Shown: positions 9,957 to 21,194, numbered from the whole stretch's first letter. The stretch: DNA of 59,372 bases, filler included, from 6 parts of 6 records of this genome joined end to end with filler, not necessarily neighbours in it; one strand, 5' to 3'. Program-made: numbers and translations. Notes: generated by a model from the letters alone, not told the origin.

Positions 9957-10496
9957 TCATTTTAGTTTTTTGAATTTTGTCAGCCACCATGCACGAAACA
10001 TTATTACAAACAGAATAACCATATTCACAACAAAAACAATGTTGACTCCTTTGAGTAAACCTTCCCGGGTAACATCGTCATTTTGCGACAACCATTTCAA
10101 ATGAATAAAAATATTTAACCAGGGAGCCTTTTGCGGATACCACCAGAATCGACTGGAATCGGGTAACCACCATAATGTTTGTCCTATATCAAGCGTGGTA
10201 ATCCAAAACCAGTAACTCAGACTTTCCAATCCTCCCAGGGCCCACATTATTATAAAAATAAAATATGATATACCAAACTTTCCCACCCGGCTAATTATAA
10301 TCCCCAGAATTAAAAAAAGAGTGGAAATGAAAAATGGATAGACAAAATTTTGATCTTTAAAATACCAGGGAACCAGAGCCCAATCTTGATAATGGGCAAC
10401 AATATTGCCTTTAATCAGAGCATCAACAAGCCCTATACAAATGACATGAAGGATAGAAACGAGCCATCCTATAATCAGTTTCTGCCACGTCATCAC
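9957..10496 (-). CDS. hypothetical membrane protein (Trp-rich, ~4 TM)
   Basis: 179-aa ORF with hydrophobic segments. Confidence 0.6.
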   Translation of the reverse strand: MMTWQKLIIGWLVSILHVICIGLVDALIKGNIVAHYQDWALVPWYFKDQNFVYPFFISTLFLILGIIISRVGKFGISYFIFIIMWALGGLESLSYWFWITTLDIGQTLWWLPDSSRFWWYPQKAPWLNIFIHLKWLSQNDDVTREGLLKGVNIVFVVNMVILFVIMFRAWWLTKFKKLK

Positions 10497-10855
10497 TCAT
10501 GTTCCCTGGTTGACAAATAAAATTCTCAGCTTTTTCTTTGTTCTACTGACTTGAAAATAGTGTACCATATGAATTAATGCAATACAAAAAAAAAGGAAAA
10601 ATAATAAATAATTAAATTTCTACTTTTTTTCCTGAAGAAATTTGTTAATCTTTCCGCTATAAATCATCTCACCCAAATTAAACCCATCTGAAACGACGCA
10701 TAGCAAAACAAACTAAAACATGTTAAATATATACGTTATCAAATTGTTTTGAATATTGTATTAATTATGCTAAATTTATTTCACCTCATTGTAATATCTG
10801 AAAATGACTGGCATCCATAAATCCAATTGACTTGAACAATAAGAGTAAAACAGCC

Positions 10856-12157
10856 ATGACAGCAACTGATATAATTGCGAAAAAACGTGATGGGAAAAAA
10901 TTAAGCGGGGAAGAAATAAACTATTTTGTGCACAATTTTGTGAAAAAAATTATTCCAGACTATCAAATGTCCGCTTTTTTGATGGCCATCCATATTCGGG
11001 GAATGGATTTCCAGGAAACAGCGGCACTTACAAAGTCCATGCTCAATTCAGGAAATAAAATAGATCTGTCCGACACATCCGGACCTAAATTAGACAAGCA
11101 TAGCACAGGCGGCGTAGGTGATAAAGTGTCTATCATTCTGGCCCCGTTGATGGCAGCGGTCGGCATCAATGTTCCAATGATTTCCGGCCGGGGACTGGGA
11201 CACAGTGGAGGAACCCTTGATAAACTAGAATCGATTCCGGGATTCCGAACAGACCTGAGTATTGACGAATTTAAAAAACAAATTCAGTCACTCAATGTCT
11301 CTATGATTGGCCAAACTGCTCAAATCGTTCCGGCAGATAAAAGAATGTATGCCCTGAGAGGAACAACAGCGACGGTTAACTCTATCCCTCTAATTACGGC
11401 CAGCATACTCAGCAAAAAATTAGCGGAAGATATTGATGGGCTGGTTCTGGATATCAAAACAGGGAAAGGCGCTTTTATGACGAATATCCAGGACGCCATA
11501 CAATTATCAAAAAGTCTGGTAGGTACTGCTAAATTGAATGGTCTACCTGCAAAAGCGCTCATTACCAATATGGAACAACCTCTTGGCTATGCTGCAGGGA
11601 ATTGGCTGGAAATTTTGGAAGTAGTCAATGCATTAAAAGGCAGAGGTCCCAGAGATCTCATGATCGTCACATTTGCCCTGGGAATTCAGATGCTCATCAT
11701 GGCCGGAAAAGTTAAGGATTATAAAATAGCGCTGTCTAAATTGCAAACGATATTATCTGAAGGCCATGCCTTTAAAAAGTTTTTGGCCATGGTGGAAGCT
11801 CAGGGCGGAGATGCCTCTTATCTTTTGGAACCAGGCAAATACTCACTTGCAAAAAATCGAATGCAAATCCGGAGCACCGAATCCGGGTATATAAAAGAGG
11901 TGGATGCTTTAAAAATTGGTATGGCTGTGGTCAAATTAGGTGGGGGCCGTGAAACCTTGTCCGATAGTATCGAATTTGGCGCTGGTATTATTCTGAATAA
12001 AAAAATCGGCGACAAGGCGGAAAAAGGCGACCTTTTAGCTGTGCTGTACACAGAAAGGCTTAATGTCTTAAAGGACGCTTACGAACTGGCTAAAAGCGCT
12101 TTTGTTTTATCAAAATCTCCGGTACCACGTCCTAAATTTATCTTTAAACTTTTATAA
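10856..12157 (+). CDS. pdp: pyrimidine-nucleoside/thymidine phosphorylase
   Basis: DKHSTGGVGDK, MISGRGLGHSGGTLDKLESIPG, SILSKK, DIKTGKGAFM; ATG start preferred over the upstream TTG. Confidence 0.95.
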   Translation: MTATDIIAKKRDGKKLSGEEINYFVHNFVKKIIPDYQMSAFLMAIHIRGMDFQETAALTKSMLNSGNKIDLSDTSGPKLDKHSTGGVGDKVSIILAPLMAAVGINVPMISGRGLGHSGGTLDKLESIPGFRTDLSIDEFKKQIQSLNVSMIGQTAQIVPADKRMYALRGTTATVNSIPLITASILSKKLAEDIDGLVLDIKTGKGAFMTNIQDAIQLSKSLVGTAKLNGLPAKALITNMEQPLGYAAGNWLEILEVVNALKGRGPRDLMIVTFALGIQMLIMAGKVKDYKIALSKLQTILSEGHAFKKFLAMVEAQGGDASYLLEPGKYSLAKNRMQIRSTESGYIKEVDALKIGMAVVKLGGGRETLSDSIEFGAGIILNKKIGDKAEKGDLLAVLYTERLNVLKDAYELAKSAFVLSKSPVPRPKFIFKLL

Positions 12158-12952
12158 ATTTAATTTTTCCCGTAATTGATCAAAAAACAAACCTTCGACA
12201 TCTGTGGAATCATGACCGAGCAGCTCTTTGACTTCCTGTATAATATCAGTTTGGTGTTCTTCAAAATCCGGATCAGCCAGAGCAACTTCTTCATAATCGT
12301 CCCCAAGTTCAGCGACAAACACCTCCGGAAATGGCGTTATAGTCTGTTGGTTGTCAACAAGTGCAAGTGTCCGATTTAATACTTCAAAAAGTAATATTCT
12401 GGCGTGTTCCCATTTCATTTCATTTCGTAATAACTTGGTACGAACAAAAAATATCTGACAGGTTTCGATTATTTCATGAGGGTCAATTTTCAAAGTATGT
12501 GGAAAATCAAAAATATCAGCCACATCTTCACGAATCCATTTTATATCGTCAACACCAGGGGGTGCAATAAATAGTTGACTGAGTTCAGGCCAGATCTCGA
12601 CCAGGTTAATTAGTATGTCAACAAGAGTGTTTTTATCTTTTTCACGAATGGCTTTACGTAAAGCCTGGTAGCTGATGAACGAGGCTGATTCATTAACCCA
12701 TGCCAATAGCACGGCAACCATATGTTCACAAGGACTACTTCCCTCATGACACTTGCACCTGCCGAAAAGCTGATCCCCATCAACAATCATTTCAACGCGA
12801 TAACTACCTTTCCCTCTTACTGTTGCCTGAAGTCCGTAATTGGTTTGAAATCGATGTTTCACCAATTGCCCTTCAAAAATTTGCTCACCTTTTCGATAAA
12901 TTTCATGAGGGGCAAATGTTTTAACGTCCAAAGGAGTTATGCTTGTTGGCAT
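12152..12952 (-). CDS. SWIM zinc finger protein
   Basis: ATVRGKGSYRV...CKCHEGSSPCEHMVAVLL (CxC-xn-CxH). Confidence 0.8.
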   Translation of the reverse strand: MPTSITPLDVKTFAPHEIYRKGEQIFEGQLVKHRFQTNYGLQATVRGKGSYRVEMIVDGDQLFGRCKCHEGSSPCEHMVAVLLAWVNESASFISYQALRKAIREKDKNTLVDILINLVEIWPELSQLFIAPPGVDDIKWIREDVADIFDFPHTLKIDPHEIIETCQIFFVRTKLLRNEMKWEHARILLFEVLNRTLALVDNQQTITPFPEVFVAELGDDYEEVALADPDFEEHQTDIIQEVKELLGHDSTDVEGLFFDQLREKLNL

Positions 12953-13047
12953 AGAGAAATCCTCTCTTGATTAAAAATGTTATAAACCTTATTAAATTTG
13001 ATTTTTCACATGCCGATTTGATCCGAAAGAACTTTTCCTTCCTCATG

Positions 13048-13647
13048 TCAGACCGAAGTATGATGTCGTTTTGCATCCCTGGCTTTTTGAAGAATAAGAC
13101 GGATCGATTCCTTGTCCAAACCCTTCTTATCTTGTTGCATCGAGGTTTTATTTTCCTGCACTGTTAGACTCAATACAGGCGACACTCCTAATTCAAAGCT
13201 ACCACGATTATTTTTTAAAGTCACAATAACAGTGCCATTTTCATCCTTTAACTCGTCAATCTCTTTCCAGGGGATATAATATATGCGCTGTTGAAAAAAC
13301 GAATTTATAGAATTTAACCACTTGTCGATAGATACAATTCCACATACTGGTTTCACACTCACCAACGCCTTCTCACATATACGATATTCTAATCCATTAT
13401 GAATATTGCGATAATACGAACTTGTCGTACCACTTATAAAGACGAGCCAGAATACAAAACGCGCGACGATGTGGGCAACATTTGCCTGATTGATCGTTGC
13501 CATTAATATTGAAGCTAATATCCCGGCAACAAACCCCGTTAACAACCATGTCCCAATTTTCATAAAAAATCGCTGCGTTGCTTTGTGCTGCCAGCTGAGC
13601 AATGTCTCTCCTATATCCTCTTTTTTACCTTTTTGCCATTGTTTCAT
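13048..13647 (-). CDS. hypothetical membrane protein (2 TM + soluble domain)
   Basis: 199-aa ORF with RBS GGAG and two hydrophobic helices. Confidence 0.65.
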   Translation of the reverse strand: MKQWQKGKKEDIGETLLSWQHKATQRFFMKIGTWLLTGFVAGILASILMATINQANVAHIVARFVFWLVFISGTTSSYYRNIHNGLEYRICEKALVSVKPVCGIVSIDKWLNSINSFFQQRIYYIPWKEIDELKDENGTVIVTLKNNRGSFELGVSPVLSLTVQENKTSMQQDKKGLDKESIRLILQKARDAKRHHTSV

Positions 13648-13911
13648 AAAGTTTAACCGACTCCTAATATTTAAGTATATTAATATTGGTCACAAGTTAA
13701 TAATGCAAACATTGTTTCGTCTGATTAATATACAAAATTTAAAGTCTGTTTATCAAGGAAAATTAATTTTCAAAGCGTTCTCACGAAAATTAATTTAATC
13801 CAACCGGTGATCGGATTATTAGGTAAGATTTTACGGAGAATTCAAATAAATGGAGGGTGCAATATCCCCATATAAATAAAGTATAATAGAAGCGGAAAAG
13901 TTTAAAAAATA

Positions 13912-14535
13912 TTAATTTTTATTCAACATTGGTTTTGCGCACTCTTTAACAGCATATATACCGCGAATAAGGCACTGAATAAGGGTTAGTGCGACGAGCG
14001 CATAAAATCCATATAAAAGCCAGACATGCTGAAACAATTTAAACGACCAAATAGCCAGGCCAATCGTAAACATTATGGCCTTGAGTATCGCATAACTTGT
14101 CCTACTTGCTGGTGAGGCCACCAGCCACCAACCTATTTTTGATTTCATCATTGCAAAAGTTGTATACCCTTCAGCCAGAGCAACACTGCGAAATCCGTCC
14201 GTCAGGAATCCCCTCATTATAACAATAACAGGAATCCAGAACGGGATGATGTGCAAATAAGCTAACAATAACCACAGCACATTTTCCACAATCCGATCCC
14301 CAACAACATCAAGCACGCTTCCAAATTTGGTTGCGCAGTTGAGTGTTCTCGCAAGATACCCATCCAGGCTGTCCATATAAAAAAGCAAAGGTATAATACC
14401 AATACTTGCGATTCGTATCCACTGAATATCCGTATTAATCAGAAAGGCGAATACAAACAAAATGCTAATCCTGGCAAATGTTACAATATTAGCCGGATTC
14501 ATCAGTTCTGACGATTTATGTGTTTTTGGATTCAT
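13912..14535 (-). CDS. CDP-alcohol phosphatidyltransferase family protein (PgsA-like)
   Basis: ANIVTFAR and DSLDGYLAR...TKFGSVLDVVGDR signature. Confidence 0.92.
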   Translation of the reverse strand: MNPKTHKSSELMNPANIVTFARISILFVFAFLINTDIQWIRIASIGIIPLLFYMDSLDGYLARTLNCATKFGSVLDVVGDRIVENVLWLLLAYLHIIPFWIPVIVIMRGFLTDGFRSVALAEGYTTFAMMKSKIGWWLVASPASRTSYAILKAIMFTIGLAIWSFKLFQHVWLLYGFYALVALTLIQCLIRGIYAVKECAKPMLNKN

Positions 14536-14543
14536 ATTATTCC

Positions 14544-15203
14544 TTAAACTGCTAATCCCAATCTTCCGAATCCTGAAATGAACGAGAAAAAAGGACTCGA
14601 CACATGACCACCTGATTTTACATCTTTATTTAATATCGCTTTTTTCAGATCTTCTGGTGTTGTCCCACTGAATTCCAAATAAACATTTCCGATTTCAAAT
14701 GGTGAATGGGCGTCACTTCCTGCTGTTATGGCTGTATCCAGGCGCGTAGCAAGAGATTGGGCCATTTCGTTATCGCGCTGATTATATGTGCGACCATTCA
14801 TTACCTCAATCGCAATTCCATCCCAATCATCAATATCAGCAAATGCGCGAAATTCTCCCCGACGCTGACAAAATGGATGAGCAATGGATACCAGACCGTC
14901 CTGATCTTTTACTTCCTGAATGATAAGGTCAACATTGTTATTTTGTATGGGTTTTTCCAGGAACAGACAAATTAACTCCCCTGCAACACCCTTTTTATTA
15001 TAGATCTTTATCTCCTGACCGGGTATGACAGCAACCGGATATTTTTTTGAGGCATCCAAAAATGAATCCCATCCCTCTGCACTATCGTGATCAGTAATCG
15101 CAATTAATCCAATACCACGATCCGCAGCTGCAGACAGTACAGATTCAGGTCTGGAAATAGCATCTTTTGAAAATACAGAGTGAATATGTAAATCAGCTTT
15201 CAT
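14544..15203 (-). CDS. PHP-domain phosphoesterase
   Basis: DLHIHS, AITDHD, IAHPF, AGSDAH motifs. Confidence 0.92.
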   Translation of the reverse strand: MKADLHIHSVFSKDAISRPESVLSAAADRGIGLIAITDHDSAEGWDSFLDASKKYPVAVIPGQEIKIYNKKGVAGELICLFLEKPIQNNNVDLIIQEVKDQDGLVSIAHPFCQRRGEFRAFADIDDWDGIAIEVMNGRTYNQRDNEMAQSLATRLDTAITAGSDAHSPFEIGNVYLEFSGTTPEDLKKAILNKDVKSGGHVSSPFFSFISGFGRLGLAV

Positions 15204-15249
15204 TCACATTCCTTTCAATTAATCATCTCGCACAACACTGTATTTACTA

Positions 15250-15265
15250 TTCAAACCTCATGCCA
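15250..15265 (-). promoter_or_regulatory. possible sigma54 (-24/-12) promoter
   Basis: TGGCAT-GAGGT-TTGAA versus consensus TGGCAC-N5-TTGCA, ~47 nt upstream of the PHP start. Confidence 0.4.
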
Positions 15266-15371
15266 GACAGAACAAAATCTATTATATTTACGCACTTTAT
15301 TTATATTGTTTTTTATTGATTTAAGTGTTGATAATTAAAGTTCGGCAGGAAAACAAAAGTATTCTGAAAAG

Positions 15372-15417
15372 ATACTGCCCTAAATTACTTGCAGTTGATC
15401 ATTTTTTAGGGCAGTAT
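15372..15417 (-). terminator. stem-loop downstream of the GWxTD gene
   Basis: ATACTGCCCTAAA / TTTAGGGCAGTAT inverted repeat. Confidence 0.55.
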
Positions 15418-15432
15418 TATAAAATCATAATA

Positions 15433-16434
15433 TCATTCGACCCGGACAAGCCTGTAACGTCCATCACCTGATCTATCTGAAAAAATATATCTTTTATTCA
15501 ATTTTCTATAATACCAGATTTCCGCAGATGGCATATTCATTCCTACAGGTTGTTTTTCGATTTGAGCCGGTGGCCCATTTTGAATATATACCCGCCCCCG
15601 ATCCGTCCTCCACCCCTCTCTACCGAAAGCACCGGGTTCGATAAAATTATCATTTGAAAAATCGATCCGACGAAAGAACTCGTCCTTTAATTCATTCTGC
15701 TCCGTACCTGGAGTGGGATCACGTTTGAGCCAAAATTCACGGAAAAGTTTTTCTCTTTCTTCAGTAGAGGCCTTTTTCATCTCTTTTATTTCCCTGCCTT
15801 TAGCAATCAGGTCCAATTGATCCAGAGCAACGTCCACATTGCCCTCCTGAATAGGCAGGTTTCGCCACTGAACAGAAAAATGGCGTTTCAACCTGGCAGT
15901 TTGTCCATTATATCGGGCTTGAACAAAAAGTGTATACTCACCAGGTTTGTTTATGTGTTCCCGAAGTTGCAGGCACTGAGGGATATAATTCTTTTCCGGG
16001 CTTAGCTTCAAAGAGTCGCTCCACACTTTGCTTCCTTTCGAATCATAGATAATATAATCCATATCTATGTTCTTTGTTTCAGCGGGTGTGTAAATTTCAA
16101 AAAATCCGGCAATTTTTGATTTCTCACTGTTAAAAAAATCACGTAGATTTGGTTTTATTATTTCGCCCGGATCTGAACAATCCAGGCCCTCTGTAAATAT
16201 GATATCACTTAGATGAAGCCGATCTTTTTGAAACGATCTTAATTCTAATTCTTCTTTTATTTGCATGATTAGCTGCTCATCGTTACAGAGCAGCTGAATC
16301 TGATATTTATACTCGCCCGGAGGCACAGAAATTGATAATTTATGATAGATCGGATTTGTGCGACTATTGGTTTCAGCAAATGAATTGACTGTAATACTTT
16401 TAGTTATCGACTGATCCTGAACAGGATTATTTTT
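15433..16434 (-). CDS. GWxTD domain-containing protein (5' end cut by contig edge)
   Basis: FWLKRDPTPGTEQNE...GWRTDRGRVYI.NGPP...EIWYY. Confidence 0.88.
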   Translation of the reverse strand, partial: KNNPVQDQSITKSITVNSFAETNSRTNPIYHKLSISVPPGEYKYQIQLLCNDEQLIMQIKEELELRSFQKDRLHLSDIIFTEGLDCSDPGEIIKPNLRDFFNSEKSKIAGFFEIYTPAETKNIDMDYIIYDSKGSKVWSDSLKLSPEKNYIPQCLQLREHINKPGEYTLFVQARYNGQTARLKRHFSVQWRNLPIQEGNVDVALDQLDLIAKGREIKEMKKASTEEREKLFREFWLKRDPTPGTEQNELKDEFFRRIDFSNDNFIEPGAFGREGWRTDRGRVYIQNGPPAQIEKQPVGMNMPSAEIWYYRKLNKRYIFSDRSGDGRYRLVRVE

Positions 16435-16534
16435 NNNNNNNNNNNNNNNNNNNNNNNNNNNNNNNNNNNNNNNNNNNNTTAATTAATTAANNNNNNNNNN
16501 NNNNNNNNNNNNNNNNNNNNNNNNNNNNNNNNNN
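16435..16534. other. artificial contig spacer
   Basis: N-run with TTAATTAATTAA. Confidence 0.98.
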
Positions 16535-18070
16535 TTTTTTGAACTGACAGTTCTTTGCTGCATATTCTCGTCCACTCTTTTGATCCATACCATTAATACC
16601 TGGTAAATTATGATAACCGGATTGCATGGTCCATATTTCATAACGTTGAGGACTGAATGTTTTTTGCGTATAGGTCCCCACGCCCGGATCAATCATACAG
16701 GGATTACCATCAACATAGAGTATGAATTGCCCAACATCATTGTGATTATGGCTCTCTGCATTATGTCCACCCCTGACAGCGAAATAAAATCCTTTTTTAG
16801 TACCTTCCTGATCGCGTGCACCCATGATTTGTGTATCCGGCAGCCAGTATTCACCAATTAATGGTTCTTTTGCAGGATAATTATACAGCTCATTCAGATT
16901 CAGGAGCTCCTCAATGGTTAATTCGAATTGACTGCTTTTTAGGATATCCTGCTTTTCATAAGCTTGAGCCAGAAAAGCACCCAGGCCCATCATCTTACTG
17001 TCGTGAATCCTTTTACCATATCGGTATAAAACACCCGCTCTGGTTCGGATTCTTACTTCAGCATCCGAGTAATTAAAAAAATAGGGATTGGAAATATACA
17101 CTTTATAGATATACGAACCAATATTCGCAATGATGGATTCTTTGTAAATATTTATCTTTCCATTTGATACATTGTAAAGGAGCTCCAAAAAATCATAAAG
17201 TGTGCCACCAGCCATACCCCAGTAATCCGGTCCCTCTTCACAGGCCCCATCATCTTTATAATAATTAATAAATTGATCAACAGAGTTTAATGCTTTTTTG
17301 ACACCGGTTATACGTTTATTTTTATCCTGCTCCAGCAACAAGATACAAAGCAGCGTATTATAATTACAAATTGGATTCCAGTTATTAATATAGTCCCAGT
17401 CATAACCCAACCACCAGAAATCATCTCTTGTATAATACGGGTCAAGCACCTTGTCCTTTATTTCTTTTTTAATCCGTGAAGAAATCAGAGGATTAATTTT
17501 ATCAAACTCATCATGCAAAAAGTAATGGATCCATGCCAGACTTGAAGCAATCCTGGCAGCACCTAAATCTATAGTCGGTTCATTCACATCAGGCAAGCCT
17601 GATCCTGCCTTTTGATATTTTAAATGAGCTGATTCACCCCAAAACGTCTGTTCGCAATATACCCACACTCCATTAATGATCTGATCCAGGAAACGACCTT
17701 TTCCCTCCATCATCTCCGCCCAAAAAAGGGCCATCAGAGTTTTGTGTCTCTCTTTATAGGGAACTCGCATGACCATTCGTTCACCAGTACGAACAAATTC
17801 AAGAAATGCCGTAGCAGGAATCGTTGGCCAGGTAAAATCCAGGTATTTCTCCCCTTCTTTTATAAAATCGTCCTTGAATTCACCAGCCACATTATCCCAG
17901 CCAATCCGATCCTGATAATCAGGATACGTCACCCAGAATGTCCCTGGTGCAAGAACGGTAGCGAGAAAATCTTCATTCGTAAATTGCTTTAACAGATTTC
18001 TTTCTTTAGTGTGTCCGAAAGATGTAAAAATTAAAAAAGAAATAACAAACCAACGTATTCTTCTTACCAT
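16535..18070 (-). CDS. heparinase II/III-like polysaccharide lyase (3' end cut by contig edge)
   Basis: Signal peptide; NNWNPIC, DGACEEGPDYW, HNAESHNHNDVG, DPGVGTY, SGYHNLP. Confidence 0.88.
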
Positions 18071-18144
18071 ATTCTTTCTCTCTTTGCAAATATGCGTCGT
18101 TGATTCAATTTGTCACTATCGTGGTTCTGATGAAAAATATAAAT

Positions 18145-19581
18145 TTATAATCCACCCAAATTAAACAAATTATAGCCACATGCTGTCAGTTTCTGGTTTA
18201 CCTTGTAATAGGGATGCTGATATCTCTTCAGCCCTACCTTTGTATCCTGCGCATTTCGGTCCGCCCAGATGGCTATTTTCCCAGATTTATGATTGTAACT
18301 CAGAATCTGTTCCCCGGGAAGGCTCATAAATTTGGAAGCCATGGCACACAGTCCCCCTACATTACCCATGACTTTTCCGGTCCGATCCAGGACTGCGCCG
18401 TCTCCTTCAAAGTAGCCTTTGACAAGCTCATGAATACCATCACCATTGAGATCAACCGGTATTGAGGTGTATGCGTTAAATGGTAAAGGATAAGGCTCAC
18501 CTGTAAAAGCGTTGTAGGTAAAGGGTTCAATACCGGTGCGGCGTTCACCATGAGCATCGCGAATTTTTTTACCAACACGAACACCCAGTACCACAGGTTC
18601 TCCATGTTCACCGATTCGGGCAACCCATCCGGTGTCAATATGTCCCTGCTCCAGAGCAGACCAGACGCATTTACCTGTGTCATCAAATACAACAATACGT
18701 GGAGGTTGTTTCGACTTTTTCTCACGACAGGTGTGTATGTACCATCTGTTATTCTTTTTATCCAAAACCGGCATGATGATATCCGAATGATCGTCCCAGA
18801 CGTCTTTATCAGCACAAAAAATTTCCTGGCCGGTATCCATGCTGATGCACCGCTCTCCCCACATAAACTCATCACTGCCGTCGTTATTGATATCCACCAC
18901 CGGATTCACATGGCTTCCTCTTGCTCCTGGAGCATTCTTTGCAATATCATATTTCCAACGCTGAGACATATCCGAATTCCAGCCCTGCAGAAACATATCT
19001 TCATAGGTCCCCTGTCCGGTAACCAGAACCGGTTTTCCATGCACATAACCACCAAAGATAAAATTCCGGAATTGATGACTCATACACTGATCTGTTGGTA
19101 CATCATGCCATTTCCAGCTTCCAAGCTTTTCACCTGTCCTGCCATCCAAACGCGTGAGCACATATTTGCGGTGATCCAGCGGATGCTCCGGATCGGAATT
19201 GTCCACAAACCAGATTTCATCCGCTCCATTCTGGTCCAGATCAAAACAAAAAACCGGCATAAACCAGATCCCTGACACCATACCAGGACCCACATCATAT
19301 TTCCAGACGGTCTCACCCTTTTCCGTGATCAACTGCATCTTTGTTGTGCTTTTGGGAAAGAAAAACATCCTAATAAATGGATCCACCTCGGCATCTTCCG
19401 AATAAATAAGCAGAATTCCTTTTGGTTGGTTCTCACCTAATTCAACCGGCACAGCCCGAAGCTGCCCAATGGAATGCCCCAGCTCTACTTCCAGTACTTT
19501 AGAAAGATCAATTTTTTGCCCTTGTGCAAATAGTATTTGGTTGACGAATAAAAAACAGATGACAATCCATTTACCTCTCAT
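18145..19581 (-). CDS. secreted beta-propeller protein, rhamnogalacturonan lyase (PL11)-like / FG-GAP
   Basis: Signal peptide; DxDxDG Ca-binding repeats (DLDQNGADE, DINNDGSDE, DLNGDGIHE); RGSH motif. Confidence 0.6.
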   Translation of the reverse strand: MRGKWIVICFLFVNQILFAQGQKIDLSKVLEVELGHSIGQLRAVPVELGENQPKGILLIYSEDAEVDPFIRMFFFPKSTTKMQLITEKGETVWKYDVGPGMVSGIWFMPVFCFDLDQNGADEIWFVDNSDPEHPLDHRKYVLTRLDGRTGEKLGSWKWHDVPTDQCMSHQFRNFIFGGYVHGKPVLVTGQGTYEDMFLQGWNSDMSQRWKYDIAKNAPGARGSHVNPVVDINNDGSDEFMWGERCISMDTGQEIFCADKDVWDDHSDIIMPVLDKKNNRWYIHTCREKKSKQPPRIVVFDDTGKCVWSALEQGHIDTGWVARIGEHGEPVVLGVRVGKKIRDAHGERRTGIEPFTYNAFTGEPYPLPFNAYTSIPVDLNGDGIHELVKGYFEGDGAVLDRTGKVMGNVGGLCAMASKFMSLPGEQILSYNHKSGKIAIWADRNAQDTKVGLKRYQHPYYKVNQKLTACGYNLFNLGGL

Positions 19582-19775
19582 ACAGACATTCCTCTCATGA
19601 TATTGAATAATATTCTATATAACGTTAAAATTTGAATGTTTGTCTGTAGAAAGATAGTTATTTCCCCTAAAAAACACACGAATTCTTTATTATTGATTGA
19701 TCCTGCATCGATTATTTCTTCTAATCATATACTCCTTTTTGGTTAATTCTGCTGTAAAAACCTTTTGGATTATAT

Positions 19776-21194
19776 CTAATGATTTATTATCAACGTCTCC
19801 AGCTTTTGCTTCGAACTAGCAAAATTCGGATCAATTTCCAAGGCTTTTTTAAAAGACTCTATTGCGGATTTAGTATCTCCTTTTTTCATAAAAGCATCAC
19901 CAAGGCTGTCATAAGGATTGGCTTCATTTGGAAACAATGTCGTATTGATCAGAAAAATCTCTATCGCCCAATCCACATTTTCAGGAAGCAAAGCATAACC
20001 AAGATTATTCAGGTCGTTACTTGATGTAATGTTATATTCATTCTTGCTGATTATTTTGTCAAAATTTTCCTCAACATAGTCGATCCCCTTTTTCTTTATA
20101 TTTTGATAAAGAAATTCGGCCAGTGCTTGTTTTGGCATCTGGTATTTTTTATTATACAAGATAGCTTCAATTGTATTGGCCACATGTCCGGCAATATCAC
20201 TGTAATTGGACAACACGATCAGCGTATAGTTGTCGTCTACATATCGACGAAACTGGGCGCTGACACCAGGCGCTCCTCCTCCATGGTAAATACAGGTTCT
20301 TCCATCTATTTTAGTGATCCGCCAGCAGTATCCGTAATTATTTTTATTGGGAGTGAACATTTTACGTTTATTTTCCCGACTCAGCAATTTTTCACCATAT
20401 AAAGCCTCATCAAATTTTAGCAGATCCTGAACCGTGGTTTCGATTCCCCCATCCGCATTAGCCGGAGGCACCATAAAAACATTTCGCATGAATTTTCCGG
20501 TGGGCATTTTGATGTAACCGACCGCGCGATTCTTTATGACTTCATCCAGATAGTGGATACCTGTATCTTTCATACCACATGGTTCAAGTATTGTTTCCTG
20601 CAGATAATCCGGATACGATTGTCCTGTTACAGCCTCAATAACAGCCCCAAGGATAACAATGCCTGAATTGGAGTACGAAAACCGCTCTCCGGGTGTATCA
20701 AACAACAATTCCTGGTCGTAAATCAATGGCAGAGCATCGTTAACACTGCGAATGCGATACATTTTACTACGAAAATCAGGATGCCTGAAGTAATTTGAAG
20801 TACCTGACGTATGGGACAACAAATGATGGATGGTTATTTTATCACCAAAGGGGAATTCTTTTAGATACGTTACTACGGGAGCCATAACATCCAGTTTTCC
20901 CTGCTCCGCCAGTTGCATAATAGCCACACCAGTGAATGTCTTACCAATGGAGCCAATATTGAACTTTGTTTTCAATTTGTTTTTGACATGTTGGTCCTTA
21001 TTTGCTTCGCCAAAAGCCTCAGAATAAACCACTTTTCCATTTTGGGCAATAAGAACCGTACCCGAAAACATGTCCAGCCTGATATATTCATCCATAACCC
21101 GATCGACCTTATTGTTCAGGTCCTGGGCTTGAGCAAAAGAGACTGCTACTAAGCAGATCATCAAAAATGTGAAAATGATTTTTTTTTGCTTCAT
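19776..21194 (-). CDS. serine hydrolase (beta-lactamase/AmpC-like) with C-terminal TPR
   Basis: SIGK (SxxK), LLSHTSG, YSN, HGG motifs; TPR NPYDSLGDAF...ALEIDPN; start MKQKK with RBS GGGAG. Confidence 0.9.
   Translation of the reverse strand: MKQKKIIFTFLMICLVAVSFAQAQDLNNKVDRVMDEYIRLDMFSGTVLIAQNGKVVYSEAFGEANKDQHVKNKLKTKFNIGSIGKTFTGVAIMQLAEQGKLDVMAPVVTYLKEFPFGDKITIHHLLSHTSGTSNYFRHPDFRSKMYRIRSVNDALPLIYDQELLFDTPGERFSYSNSGIVILGAVIEAVTGQSYPDYLQETILEPCGMKDTGIHYLDEVIKNRAVGYIKMPTGKFMRNVFMVPPANADGGIETTVQDLLKFDEALYGEKLLSRENKRKMFTPNKNNYGYCWRITKIDGRTCIYHGGGAPGVSAQFRRYVDDNYTLIVLSNYSDIAGHVANTIEAILYNKKYQMPKQALAEFLYQNIKKKGIDYVEENFDKIISKNEYNITSSNDLNNLGYALLPENVDWAIEIFLINTTLFPNEANPYDSLGDAFMKKGDTKSAIESFKKALEIDPNFASSKQKLETLIINH

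Noticed and set aside
7839-12952. Nuclease, GIY-YIG and SWIM genes as an anti-phage defence island
   Set aside because: Mixed orientations, interleaved housekeeping pdp, and no helicase, ATPase or mobile-element markers
18214-19405. Long antisense and alternative-frame ORFs (e.g. 18550-19275, 241 aa)
   Set aside because: Fully overlap a well-supported gene and have no motifs; shadow ORFs
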